Source of the DNA: Octopus sinensis
Lineage: Eukaryota
Reading direction: 5' to 3'
Assembly: GCF_006345805.1 (NCBI RefSeq)
Contig: NC_042997.1
Location: 185,938,001 to 186,002,000, forward strand
DNA: 64,000 nucleotides
In this document: one piece after another, positions 51,511 to 64,000 of the stretch
Layout of the letters: the number at the start of each line of letters is the position of its first letter
How positions within the stretch are numbered: the stretch's first letter is position 1
Notes under the pieces: model-generated
The model's database searches: none
What the model was told of the DNA's origin: nothing
What the model saw: only the letters and a program-made list of their open reading frames with translations
Program-made: the position numbers and the translations under genes

Positions 51511-52199
51511 TAATAATTTACAACATAGAAGTGTGGTCTTTTCTTGTTTACAACGGTTCATATCGTTTGTACCTTGTTTTGAATCATTGTGTCTTTCAAA
51601 TTCAAGGATATCAATAACGACATGTAAATATGTGCAGTGGGGCTTAGCGTGTCGTCGCAGATGAACCAAAGGGCGACGGAAAAGAGGTGACGACTTCAGA
51701 CCCTTTGAAAGCAACAACAGCCTCGTAGCTACAGACATCAGAGTGCTCAGCTAATATTTCTACATTATTGTCACGTCAATGTAATGTGGATAAGGAAATC
51801 CACATTATAACTTTCAGCAACAGCATCGCCAAACAAGAAAAAGCAACATAAACAACAGCAAGACGAAAAGTATTTATGGCATCAACGAAGAAATTAAGAG
51901 GAATATTCTGTCCGTTTGTCAATAGACAACCGGTTTCTTCGAAAGAAACACGGATGCGATTGAATAATACGAGATCTACATCTCGTGTTATTTAATCGCA
52001 TCCATGTTTGGATCATGGAGCAATAACATTTGCAGGTGTAGACATTAGAAGCACCGTTTATATTTTGTGCATACATCTTAGTGACAAGAAGCTCCAAAAT
52101 CGATTTCCGCGATGAATAAAAAATGTCTGCTGAGATTTAACCTGAAATCTGCATGTAACGAAAGAGAAACAACATTGGATGGTGATAACCATCTGTAGT

Positions 52200-53800
52200 A
52201 ACGACCAGGAAATCTACTTAGTAGACACAGCAATCATGCACTTTCGAGAAGTATCTATGGTATAACAGAAGGCCAAAATCAGTCAGCGAAATGCTACTTT
52301 GCGGAGACCAGGCCAAACTCATAGCGAAAATAGAGAGTAAAATAAAAGAGTTAAGTTCACTTCGTAGCAGAACTGAACGAAAATATCACAAGAAATTCAA
52401 TTATTGGCTGCACCCGGCAATCTCTGGAAATTCCGATTGTTTCTGTTTTGAAGATTGCGTGTCATCGAAAACAGGAAGTCAAAATGTCACATTTGCAATA
52501 AAACAGACCACATCAAAAATTTCCTCCCCCTCCAAAAAGTGAGCCTCGTGTCACTCTCTACTGCTAATACCAACATCCTGATTACTACAATAAAAACATC
52601 ACTGACATTTGCAGCATTAGCAACTACTGCAAAAAAGCAAAGTTGTGTGCCTTTTCAACAGTATTTAGCCGAAATGTTCACGACAAACGGTAAACAACAG
52701 ACAGTGAAAATCGATCCCTGCCGCAAAAATTCGTCGTGGCATTTGACTGAGGACGGCGATTGCTACTTCGGGAAAGGTAATTGGCATGGTGAGCCGCTAC
52801 ATCAGGGGAAAACCGCTGGAACTGGATCCCCTGCTTACAAATATATCGCAACATACCAAAGTTACTTTTTACTGTCGAAGCAACTATCTATAACGAACAC
52901 ATCTAAGCAAGAGAAAACATCTGCTAATGTTACCAGCCAGAAGCAAATATTAAGTATTAAGCAAACTACTTACAAAATGGAAAATGTGGTCGAAGTGCAG
53001 CACAAATATTTCCGTATTCTTGGTTTACCACCGAAAGAGGGATATAAAGGAGCCGCTCTTTGAGAAACGATAGAACACGAGGGTTCACAATAAGTGCTAT
53101 TGGTTGTAATGTTGCACTTTGCTAGTTGCTCGTGGTAAGCGTTGAGGTGACAGATTGATTTGAGGTTAGGTGTTTTCCATTTGGACATGCAGGGCCTGTT
53201 GATTTCTGAAGACCATAGGTAATTCTGGAGGTGTATTTTATTAAAGAAACAGAAATACGACAAAGCAGTTGATACAGGACAGAAAAATCAACAATTATAA
53301 ATGTAGCAGTAAGATCTATATGAAGGGCTTTTGCTCAGAGGATCACGAAAGGGAGAGAATTCATGCAAAAACGACAAAAGTAGTGCTGAGAAGCTATTTC
53401 TTCCAGAGAACTACCACCAGTCACACCGCAGGTTGCTGCCTAAAATGGCGACGATCATGAGACCCTTTCCCTTACAGGAACCAGAAGCAAAGTTCATTGC
53501 AATGAAAATGAGGGTGGCGTGTTAAAATGAATAAGGATGGCAAATTGTCGAGGATTATAATAAAATACAAAAGAAAGACAGGCACGCCGGAAAATGCCGA
53601 ACTCCGACAAACATGCAAACAGATTTTGCTTGCACGGTCGTGGCTCTGTGATAAAAAGCTTCCCAGCCACAACAGGCTGGAGGCTGGCAATCATTATATA
53701 TCTTACCCATTCGAACATGTGAGTTACTTTTTGTTTGGACTAAGCATTTTTCAAAGCTTTGTGAGGAGAATACTGAAAATGTTAAAGCAATATGATTATT
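52200..53800 (+). pseudogene. Decayed Ty3/gypsy gag-pol remnant
   Basis: Zinc-knuckle-like KCHICNKTDHIKNF (52482-52523); protease-like VKIDP; RT-like NKDGKLSRIIIKY...FGLSIFQSFVRRIL...DYL (53527-53800). Many stops and frameshifts. Confidence 0.55.
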
Positions 53801-53865
53801 TATCGTTTATCGTTTATCGTCGTCGTCGTCGTCGCCATCATCATCACAATCATCATCATCGTCAT

Positions 53866-54254
53866 CGGTGACCTGGCAGAATCGTTAACACGCCGGGCGA
53901 AATGCATAGCGGTTTTACGTCTGCCGTTACGTTCTGAGTTCAAATTCCGTCGAGGTCGACTTTGCCTTTCATCTTTTCAGGGTCGATAAATTAAGTACCA
54001 CGTACGCACTGGGGTCGATGTAATCGACTTAATCCCTTTGTCTGTCCTTGTTTGTCCCCTCTGTGTTTAACCCCTTGTTGGTAGTAAAGAAATAGGTATT
54101 TCGCCCGTCGCTTCGTTCTAAGTTCAAATTCTGCCGAGGTCGACTTTGCCTTTCAGTCTTTCGAGCTCAATAGATTACCTGTGAAACACTGTAGTCGATA
54201 TAATCGACTGGTCCTCTCCCCCAAATTTCAGGTCTTATGCCCTTAGTACAAAGT

Positions 54255-54255
<1 letters not shown>
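53866..54255 (+). mobile_element. SINE family A dimer
   Basis: Two bodies in tandem with two alternative tails. Confidence 0.88.
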
Positions 54256-54305
<50 letters not shown>

Positions 54306-54529
54306 GTCATTAATCATCATCATCATCATCGTCATCATCATCATTCTTCGTCGTTATTATTACTCTAAAGCTTCGGTGAGTAGTTTACGAATAAACTACA
54401 TGTGCTATGGTACGGATTATTCTTCACTTGTACCTGCCAAATCCAATTTGCTGTTTGCTTTGAGTTTAGACGTATTCATCATTAATCATGTCCTAGTAAC
54501 AAGTGTTCAGAACATACTGAGACTGCATG

Positions 54530-54762
54530 ATATACATACATACATACATACATACATACATACATACATACATACATACATACTACATACATACATACAT
54601 ACACATACATACATACATACATACATACATACATACATACATACTACATACATACATACATACATACTACATACATACATACATACATACATACATACAT
54701 ACACATACATACATACATACACATACATACATACATAATACATACATACATACATACATACA

Positions 54763-54798
<36 letters not shown>

Positions 54799-54920
54799 TC
54801 ATACAGTCTCAGTATATATATATATATATATATATATATACTATATATATATATATATATATATTCACATAGGCACACACGTACATATACATACTCGCAC
54901 ATACATACATACATACACAG
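54530..54920. repeat. (TACA)n/(TA)n microsatellite
   Basis: Direct inspection. Confidence 0.95.
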
Positions 54921-56055
54921 AACATATATACATATACACATTCCTTGTATTTTAATTATGTGTGTTTATGTAGGTGAGTATATATGTGTATCTATGTGCG
55001 TCGTGTGAGAGAGTGTATTAGCTTCTTCATCAGACTAATACATTCATAACAAGATACAAATGTTTATGTCTTATCTCCAATTATATGTTTCTATGTTGCG
55101 GAGAATCAAGAGCAGATGGTTCTTGGTTTTTGAGAGCCTACATTCTGTTGTAAGCACTCACCGCTTTGCAGGTCACTGGACTAGATACTTAATTATACAT
55201 CAAGACTGATTAAGAAACTATTATCTTGCCAAATGGCACAATAAATATCTGTTGTTGTTGTTGTTTGTTTTTTTATCTTATGAGGAATATGTCTGATCTC
55301 ATCATTGTTTAAAACCTTTATATTAGACGTCAGCAGTTTCCAGTTAGTTCGGAGTTGCGTCACTCGGATGCTTCGTTTTCTTTTCTCCTTTGTTCTTCTA
55401 ACACAATCTCCGCACATGAATGTATTACCAACATCTGGAGAAAGGTTAGTTTAGGTGGGTGATGGGGAAATCTTCGCGATGGAGTCGGCTGATAGTCGTT
55501 CTTTATTTTACATGCTATTAATGGTGACCAGAATTTTGTAATGGCTACAATCGAGTCACTCTAAGGTCATGATAATCACCAATGTACGAAACAAAGCACA
55601 CCAAAACACGTGTGTTACTCAATAGAATCTCTGCATGATCGATTGACCTGCTAGAAATCGTTGCAAAATCGCTCTCAAACCACACCGCTACTACTACCAC
55701 TGCAACCCTCATCACCACTTTAATCTTCATTGCTGTCGACGTTGTCATTTTGTGTTCTCTGTTCCAGGTTAGTAATTGTCGGGCAGTTCCATTTTAGGCA
55801 GTTTTTACAGCTGGATGCCTTTCCTGATGCTAACAGTGTGCCTATTCTAGAATCAGAATACTCACGGTAATGAAAGCATACGATGCACCATAAAAAGTAC
55901 TTTGATGCAAAACAATGAACTAGATATGTTTCGAACACCTTTGATCGTAAGTGAGACAATCAACAACAACTACAACCACTACCACCACCAACAATAACAA
56001 CAACAAGTCTCTAGTCACCTATCAGTAGTATGTTTTTAACATGTTTATCGAGATA

Positions 56056-56845
56056 AAGGCGGCGTACTGGCAGAAACGTTAGCACGCCGGGCACAATGCT
56101 TAGCGGTATTTTGTCTGCCGCTACGTACTGAGTTCAAATTCCGCCGAGGTCGACTTTGCCTTTCATCCTTTCGGGGTCGATTAAATAAGTACAAGTTATG
56201 CACTGGGATCGATGTAATCGACTTAATCCGTGTGTCTGTCCTTGTTTGTCCCCTCTGTATTTAGTCCCCTGTGGGCAATAAAGAAACAGGTATTTCATCT
56301 GCCGCTACGTGCTCAGTTCAAATTCCGCCGAGGTCGACTTTGCCTTACATCCTTTCGGGGTCGATTAAATAAGTACCAGTACTGGGGTCGATATAATCGA
56401 CTTAACCCGTTTGTCTGTCCTTGTTTGTCCTCACTGTGTTTAGCCCCTTGTGGGTAGTACAGAAATAGGTATTGAAATTCCGCCAAGGTCGACTTCGCGT
56501 TTTATCTTATTGAGGTTGACAAAATAAGAACCAACCGAGTACCAAAGCTCAATGTAATTGACTTACTCCTTCCATCGAAATTTCTGGCCTTGTGCCAAAA
56601 TTTGAAACCAGTACGTTTGTCAAGATAAAGGCGGTGAACTGGCAGAATCGTTAGCATGTCGGGTAAAATGCTAAGTGGCATTTTGTCCGTCTTTACATTC
56701 TGCGTTTAAATTCCACCGAGGTTGCTTTTCAACCTTTCGGTGTCAAAAAAATAAATACCAATTTGAATACTGAGGGTCCATGCAATCGACATACCCTCTC
56801 AGCGAAATTGCTGACCTTGTGTCAAAAATTGAAATCAGTATGTTT
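56056..56845 (+). mobile_element. SINE family A trimer (56056-56612) plus a diverged copy (56626-56845)
   Basis: Repeated AAATTCCGCCGAGGTCGACTT bodies. Confidence 0.87.
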
Positions 56846-58029
56846 GCCGAGATATGGAATAAACACTTACAAAGAACCCTGCACCGAACTGTAAGAATTC
56901 GTAGCTGAAGTCCCTCGAACATCTACAAGAAAAGCAAAGGATACAATATGGGTCGGTGGTATGGTTCCAAATATGGCAACTGAATAAGGGCCACTGAAAT
57001 TTACCCAAAGATAATGTAATGGTGTTAAAAACCTAGTGCATTTATCGCGCTTCACATAATACTTCGTTACATTAACGATACATGTAGAACTTTCCGATAT
57101 CATATTACGTGCATATAGCGAACTGAACACATCCGTCGCCTGCCTATTACATATTTACACACACAAACCATCACGACCACCATACACACTGATCTGCTCT
57201 TTCTCTCATCTCTTAGCTGTGCACCTCAACAAATATATTCTACTTTTCACCTTATAACAACCAGCAAGCAAACACCTATCTTCATCACCCTCCGCTCGCT
57301 ATATCCACGCTAAACCATATTTATGACTGCACTTTGAAGCTATGCCAACCATAAAGGAACCCAGTATGCATTAATGCTATAAAACCTCTGTACATCATTT
57401 GAGATCTACTTAATAACGAGAAGCAGGACTTGCAGTGTGTGGAGAAATACATAGGCTGAGAGAAATTTTATTGATTAGCCATAAGATTTAAGCTAGTTTT
57501 ATTGTTTGTTTATTGACCTTCCTCTGCTCGTCTTTGAGGAAATATCAACCTATTCCTACCACACCCTGCACTACAATAACTTGCTGTTTTTCTTAAACAT
57601 TTACTATTGACCTCTGCAGAAAACGAAACGAACATTTTTTTTTCTTCATTTATTTATCTATTTATTTATTCTTTATTTCCACCCCCCCCCTCCATCCTTT
57701 CAATAAGCTTTTAATGCTAATGTCTTTTCAGTGGTTCTACGGAATGGAAATATAAATATCTTAACTCAACTCCACCAATCTCACGGATGGTGCCAACTTA
57801 GATTTGAGTAGTGGGGGTGGTGCATGTTGGTGACAGCGGTGGTGGTGGTGGTGGTGGGGCGTTTCATCAGATGTCTCTTCAGAGAAGAGGAACATCGATC
57901 CAATAGGGACAATGTCTTTTAACACATGACTTCAAATCAGGCTCACTAACTAGCATCATATGTTTGGAATTCGGTTTGCCCTTTTTTGTGTGTTTTTCTT
58001 TTTCCATTCCTTATTCCCCACCACCGCTA

Positions 58030-58030
58030 T

Positions 58031-58081
<51 letters not shown>

Positions 58082-58082
58082 A

Positions 58083-58114
<32 letters not shown>

Positions 58115-58115
58115 A

Positions 58116-58147
<32 letters not shown>

Positions 58148-58148
58148 A

Positions 58149-58230
<82 letters not shown>

Positions 58231-58451
58231 TCTCCGCCTCCATCTACTCAACAGCCAGTACAGCCATCAGCATCAGCAGGAGCATCCGCATCTCCTTCAT
58301 TACCATCACCAATACCGCCATCATTATCATCATCATCATCATCATTAACTCATCATCATCATCACCATCATCGTTAACATCATCATAATCATCCTCCTCC
58401 TCATCATCATCATCAACATCATCATCATCACCACCAGCAACAACTACCACC

Positions 58452-58483
<32 letters not shown>

Positions 58484-58727
58484 TATCAACACCATCAATG
58501 TCGTCTACATCATCGTTATCTTCATCTTATCGTTGTCATCATCATCATCATCATCATCATCACCATCACCATCACCATCATCACCATCACCATCACCATC
58601 ATCATCATCACCATCACCATCATCATCATCATCACCATCATCATCATTATCATCATCATCATCATCATCACTATCATCATCATCATCATCATCATCGTCA
58701 CCATCATCATCATCATCATCATCATCG

Positions 58728-58778
<51 letters not shown>

Positions 58779-58794
58779 CCATAATCATAATCAC

Positions 58795-58835
<41 letters not shown>

Positions 58836-58852
58836 CCACCATCATCATCACT

Positions 58853-58889
<37 letters not shown>

Positions 58890-58939
58890 CCATCATCATC
58901 ATCACTATCATCATCATCACCATCACCATCATCATCATC

Positions 58940-58971
<32 letters not shown>

Positions 58972-59274
58972 CGTCATCATCATCATCATCATCATCATCA
59001 TCACCATCATCACGTTCGCTACTACCAGCCATATCATTTTATCCTCCCACTTTCCCGTTTAATGTTTCCAACTAGTAAACTTGCCGTTCCTTCGCCAATC
59101 ACTGTGAAATCAATACAAGAATACACAGACGGGTTTGATGGCCCAATAAAACAATCTCTGCTCAGTCTTTCTCCATTTTGTCCAATAACACCCCGGTTTC
59201 GTCATAGTAAACTTGATAACTCATTGCTTACGTCTATAAATGCCTACTACTACTACTACTGCTACTACTACTAT

Positions 59275-59364
<90 letters not shown>

Positions 59365-59428
59365 CACTTCTACTAATTCTACCGCTATTACTGCTACTAC
59401 TACCACTACTACTACTATTACAACAACA

Positions 59429-59475
<47 letters not shown>

Positions 59476-59780
59476 AACTACTACTACCGCCACTACTACT
59501 ACTACTACTGCTACTACTAGTACCACTACCATCACTACCACTACTACTACCACTACCACTACCATCACTACTACTACTACTACCACTACCACCACTACTA
59601 CTACCACTACCACCACTACTACCACTACCACCACTACTACTACTACCACTACCACCACTACTACAACTACTACCACTACTACTACCGCCGCCACCACCAC
59701 TACTACTACTACTTCTACTACCACTACTACTACTACTTCTACTACCACTACTAATACTACTACTACTACTACGACTACAA
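58030..59780. repeat. Compound (CTA)n-(CAT)n-(CTA/CCA)n block
   Basis: About 1.7 kb, interrupted by about 200 bp of unique sequence at 59040-59240. Confidence 0.95.
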
Positions 59781-60220
59781 ATGTCTCCCTGGCTTAAATA
59801 TCTACAACCTCAATAAATGCCTATAAATATCTATCCACCACAACGACCATTGGTTTGGTTTAAATTGGAATCGTTACTTCAGTCCACTGCAAGACGAAAC
59901 CCTCTTAATGTTCTCCCATCCAACCACAGTCTGAGGTAGATGCCGCGAATTTGAGCTTGAGATCATTCTAGTTTGATGAGCCTACTCTGCCACACTGGCT
60001 TGACATGGCTTGGAAGAGGGATGCCTTTTTATACTCATGGCCATGATACGGTACTCTTGATAACAGAAGATACGGTACTCTTGATAACAGAATAACCAAT
60101 AGAAGTAACCAAGAGATAAACGTTGAATATTTTGAAATTAACGATGACGATCTTATTAGTTACACGTTCTCTGATTCATTGAAACCGAAGACGCCTACTA
60201 AAAACAACAACCACAGCGCA

Positions 60221-60340
60221 GTGGAGGCGCAATGGCCCAGTGGTTAGGGCAGCAGACTCGCGGTCGTAAGAACGCGCTTTCGATTCCCAGACCGGACATT
60301 GTGAGTGTTTATTGAGCAAAAACACCTAAGCTCCACGAGG
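60221..60340 (+). mobile_element. SINE family D, 3'-truncated
   Basis: Same head as 37544 and 46141. Confidence 0.85.
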
Positions 60341-61162
60341 TTTTCGAGTTATATTTTGAGGCAGCATAGTCCTGTTGAGTAGGGAATTGTTGTTGGTTGA
60401 AATATATTGGTGACTTGTTGGGTTCAAGAGGACGTTATCTGGTATTGTACTGTACCTTCCATAATACTTGAATATTCTCTTTCTGTTGTAATGTTCATAT
60501 TTACCATGGCCAAGAAACGGTTCAATGTTACGTGATATCAACGTCCGATGGATCGTCACTCGTCACAGAATCAAACTTTAGTACATGTGACATTCGTACT
60601 TCATTAAGTACACACTTCAGTCGTTATATGAGAAGCAGTAATGGATTCTTCTAAGTATTAAACTCTAGATCCATTTCACGGCAGATGTACAAGAATAAAT
60701 AATGACAACGTATAATAATTAGATGGATGATATAATAATTGAAATATGATATCGTAATTAAACAAATTTAAGAACAAGTATTAACAGTAATTAAAAATAC
60801 AATATAAAAGTTACAGGTATGATATAATAATTACGAATAAGATATTATTACAAATATCAATAATTATAATTATTATATTATAATTACAAAATAATATCAC
60901 TAATTAAAAACATTCACAATTACGAACATGATAGGATAATTACAAATATAATAATTACCAATATTATAAATTCCATCAAACCCCCTCTCTAAACTATTAT
61001 ACTATTGCGGCTATTATTGAAGTCTCGCGTTAAGGCTACGCCAGAAATCTATATGGAAGTGACACAGTGAATTCTATGTAACTTAGCACTTTACTAATAT
61101 TTGGTTCATAAGCTAAAAAAAGAGAGATTCAAAATATTACGCATGATTTGAAATCAAAACAT

Positions 61163-61327
61163 GGAATGGCTGTGTGGTAAGTAGCTTGCTTACGAACCAC
61201 ATGGTTCCGGATTCGGTCCCACTGCGTGGTACCTTGGGCAAGTGTCTTCTACTATAGCCTCGGGCCGACCAAAGTCTTGTGAGTGGATTTGGTAGATGGA
61301 AACTGAAAGATGCCCGTCGTATATATG

Positions 61328-61360
<33 letters not shown>

Positions 61361-61575
61361 GTTTGTGTGTCTGTGTTTGTACCCCCAACATCGCTTGACA
61401 ACCGATGCTGGTGTGTTTACGTCCCCGTAACTTAACGGTTCGGAAAAAGACACCGATAGAATAAGTACTGGGCTTACAAAGAATAAGTCCTGGGGTCGAT
61501 TTGCTCGACTAAAAGGCGCTGCTCCAGCATGGCTACAGTCAAATGACTGAAACAAGTAAAAAAAAAAGAGTAAAC
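61163..61575 (+). mobile_element. SINE family B, full-length
   Basis: Head, CORE-like centre, (TA)(TG) spacer and tail ending GAAACAAGTAAAA...GAGTAAA. Confidence 0.9.
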
Positions 61576-61929
61576 GTAATCAATTCTGTAAATCACACAA
61601 TCCGATACTATGGCTTCATCTATGCCACTGTCCTCATGTGACAGAACTGTGATAGAAAAGTTATAGACGCAAAATAATTAAGAGAATTTAGCTTGGTCCT
61701 AGCATATCCTGGATTCACCTAAAATGTCAGTAATAAACCATATTTGCTTCACTTGGTTAAACCCATTCTTTAGTATTTTATGATATTTGCTCACTCAGTG
61801 AAACCTTGCAAACATTACAAACGGATAAGATGGTGAAACTGGCATGAATGATAAAAAACACCGAAAAGTTCTTTATCCCATAAAGAACTTTCTGATTTGA
61901 AATTTCACTACTGTCAACTTTGCCTTTCA

Positions 61930-62808
61930 TACGAAGTGGTACCCCAAAAAAAACTGGAATTTTGCAATATGATTTTATTCACTAGGTTTTACTTGCTTAC
62001 ATTTTTATCGCTTTCAAAGTATTCTCTATTTGAAGCAATGCATCGGTCCAGGCCGATGTTCGAAGCAGCGCTGAAATTCTTGCGAAGTGATTCCTTTTAA
62101 CGCCTCCGTTGTTTTTAACTTCACGTCTTCCATATCTGCAAATTCGGTAACACCAGCTTTCCTCACCAGTGATGACCTTCGAAAAACAAAAAAAAAAAAA
62201 AAGCTCAGGATCAGCTTCTTTCAGTTCACAACTCTTCTTTCAGTTCACAACACGCACTCAGTTGTGACTAATTTTGATCTTCAATTCGAAGGCGAGGCAC
62301 ACATTTTATTGCAACTTTTTTCATTCGCAATTCCTCGCTCAAAATTGGGTGGCAGGAGCTCCAGAATACACCAGTCACATCAATGTGTTTGTCAATTATT
62401 CGATGACGGTCCTCCATGAATTTTCATTGTATTTCCATTATTGCGGGAAGTCGACGGTCGTCCTGAACGAGATTGGTCTTCAAGCGACCAGTGACCATTC
62501 CTAAAGCGTGGAAACTACTCGCAGCGTCCTTGTAAGATGTTTGAAGCATGACGGCCGCCGTTTTCCTCAGCAGAATTTCACGGAAGCATGCTGTTCCTTT
62601 GTTTCAGCCATCGCAAATATCGCTACACAGGGGAGAAACACTGCAAAACAAAGATGCACCACGTTGCAATATGACTTCACGCGACGACGCCGGTTTGCAG
62701 ACTAATGTTTGAGGGTCGCATCAAGAGGCTTCTAGCGGCGAAAGCCTGAACTACAACTAGGTTGTACCACACAGAACGTTTCCGGTTACTTTTGGATACC
62801 TCCTCGTA
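61930..62808 (-). mobile_element. Internally deleted mariner element with both TIRs
   Basis: TIRs TACGAAGTGGTACCCCAAAAAAAACTGGAA (61930) and reverse-complement TACGAGGAGGTATCCAAAAGTAACCGGAA (ending 62808, followed by TA). Minus-strand remnants AETKEQHASVKFC, ELRMKKVAIKCVPRL and FADMEDVKLKTTEALKGITSQEFQRCFE; the catalytic core is missing. Confidence 0.82.
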
Positions 62809-64000
62809 TATATTAAATCAGCAAATTTTGGTATGGAAACGTACGATAGAGACGTTTCTGGTAACTTGAAACTGGTATCTAAATTTGACACTGAGCTACG
62901 TAAACAGTCAATTCCATTTACGGATGTTGTCATACGACTTTATTTGGTTCCTGTATAAAAACTGGAAATAAATACTAGGGATGCTCTGGAATTTATTCAT
63001 CCAGGTATGCCAACCACAGAGGGAGAGAGAGAGAGAGAAAGAAAAGAAGAGAAGGAGAGAGGGGGAAATAAAGAGAGGGGGTGACTTGTAATTAATCAAA
63101 ATGATCATTCTTGATAACAGTTGTAATAAATATTTGGGGTACCACATTCCATTTCTGAATATTCTAAAATAAAGGAAAATTTTTGCAATGCAGATTAGTA
63201 ACATCAAACCTCACAGCTATACTGAAACGAGTTTAGCCAGTAAAGTTTCTGTATCTGAATAGTTGTAAGATATTTGAAATAAGATCGTGTTTAAGCTTCG
63301 CATGTTCTTCACATAATTATTCGAGTAAATTTCATAAGTGTTGACAGCACGCAGTCACTTTCTGAATATAAGCTTATAAGCATTGACTATTGGGAATATT
63401 TCTACGTTGTGAAAAGAGATTAAAGAAATACAGAGAGAGGAAAACCGATAGAGAGAAAGAGAAACAATTGAGAAAGAGAGGAGGAGAGAGTAAGAAATTT
63501 TGAAACCGTTTTTGAGAGACAGATAAGATCACACCGGCAAAGATAAAAATCAATTAATCCTATATAACAATATATTTCTAGTCTTGTTCTAAAATAAATT
63601 TCAAGTTACAACCTCTAGAGAGGTCGTACATTTGCCAGATACGCACATTCTTTCTTGTGATTATAATACCAAAAATGTTTTAGAGTAAGGAAAAAATAGA
63701 GTCAGAAGAAACTAGCTATGGCATGCATCAGCTTAAAACAATTAATAAAATTTGAAAAATAGATTATACATAACTTGATATTATATGCTGGTGCATATTC
63801 CAGAAATGTCAGAGTACACTACGTACTCCAACATATTTTAGATAAACCAAGCTACGAATATATTCTTATATTTAATTAAATTATATAAATTATGCCAAAA
63901 AAAAAAAATTAATTAAATTACATCCTCTTTTGTGTGGTATGTAATATTCCTAGAGGCTAGATCGATTTAGCTATGGCTGATTAATCTTGATATCTACTAC

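Noticed and set aside
56867-57130. Minus-strand ORF with WVNFSGP resembling the integrase DFAGP motif
   Set aside because: Similarity is limited to a few residues, with no DDE spacing; orientation is opposite to the gypsy remnant.
59090-59245. CCAAT x3 plus TATAAA, promoter-like
   Set aside because: CTATAAATGCC-like words recur in the adjacent low-complexity tail (about 59810-59830), and only microsatellite follows.
160-59797. Long ORFs with poly-H/T/V/I/Y/L/D/S (for example 58498-59376, 49803-50621, 6456-7211, 11963-12766)
   Set aside because: They are translations of microsatellites, open in several frames on both strands, with no domain content.
60045-60092. Perfect 24-bp tandem duplication GATACGGTACTCTTGATAACAGAA
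   Set aside because: An ordinary slippage duplication with no further structure.
60340-60545. Minus-strand GRYSTIPDNVLL resembling LINE RT motifs
   Set aside because: Too weak to call without a profile search.

Overview
AT-rich, microsatellite- and transposon-dense eukaryotic DNA. It is most probably from an octopus; this is inferred from recalled SINE and Penelope repeat families and was not database-checked. No host protein-coding gene can be supported, and nearly all ORFs in the supplied track are translations of simple repeats. Supportable content: four families of tRNA-derived SINEs (single, nested, multimeric and one homogeneous 189-bp array); a 5'-truncated Penelope-like element (RT plus GIY-YIG) between two pseudo-LTRs with minimal hammerhead ribozyme motifs; a second hammerhead-bearing pseudo-LTR dimer; two non-autonomous Helitrons; two mariner derivatives; and decayed L1/Tx1-type, R4-like, other LINE, Ty3/gypsy and pogo-like remnants. 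The best finding is a (TA)n-embedded ~356-bp tandem repeat at 22257-23628. Each full unit carries a type I hammerhead ribozyme fold with a compensatory U3-A8 core (UUGAUAA instead of CUGAUGA) and a palindromic helix III. This is a candidate non-LTR retrozyme that could yield ~356-nt circular RNAs. Several long near-perfect hairpins (5745-5830, 6346-6459, 51946-52009) also merit checking.
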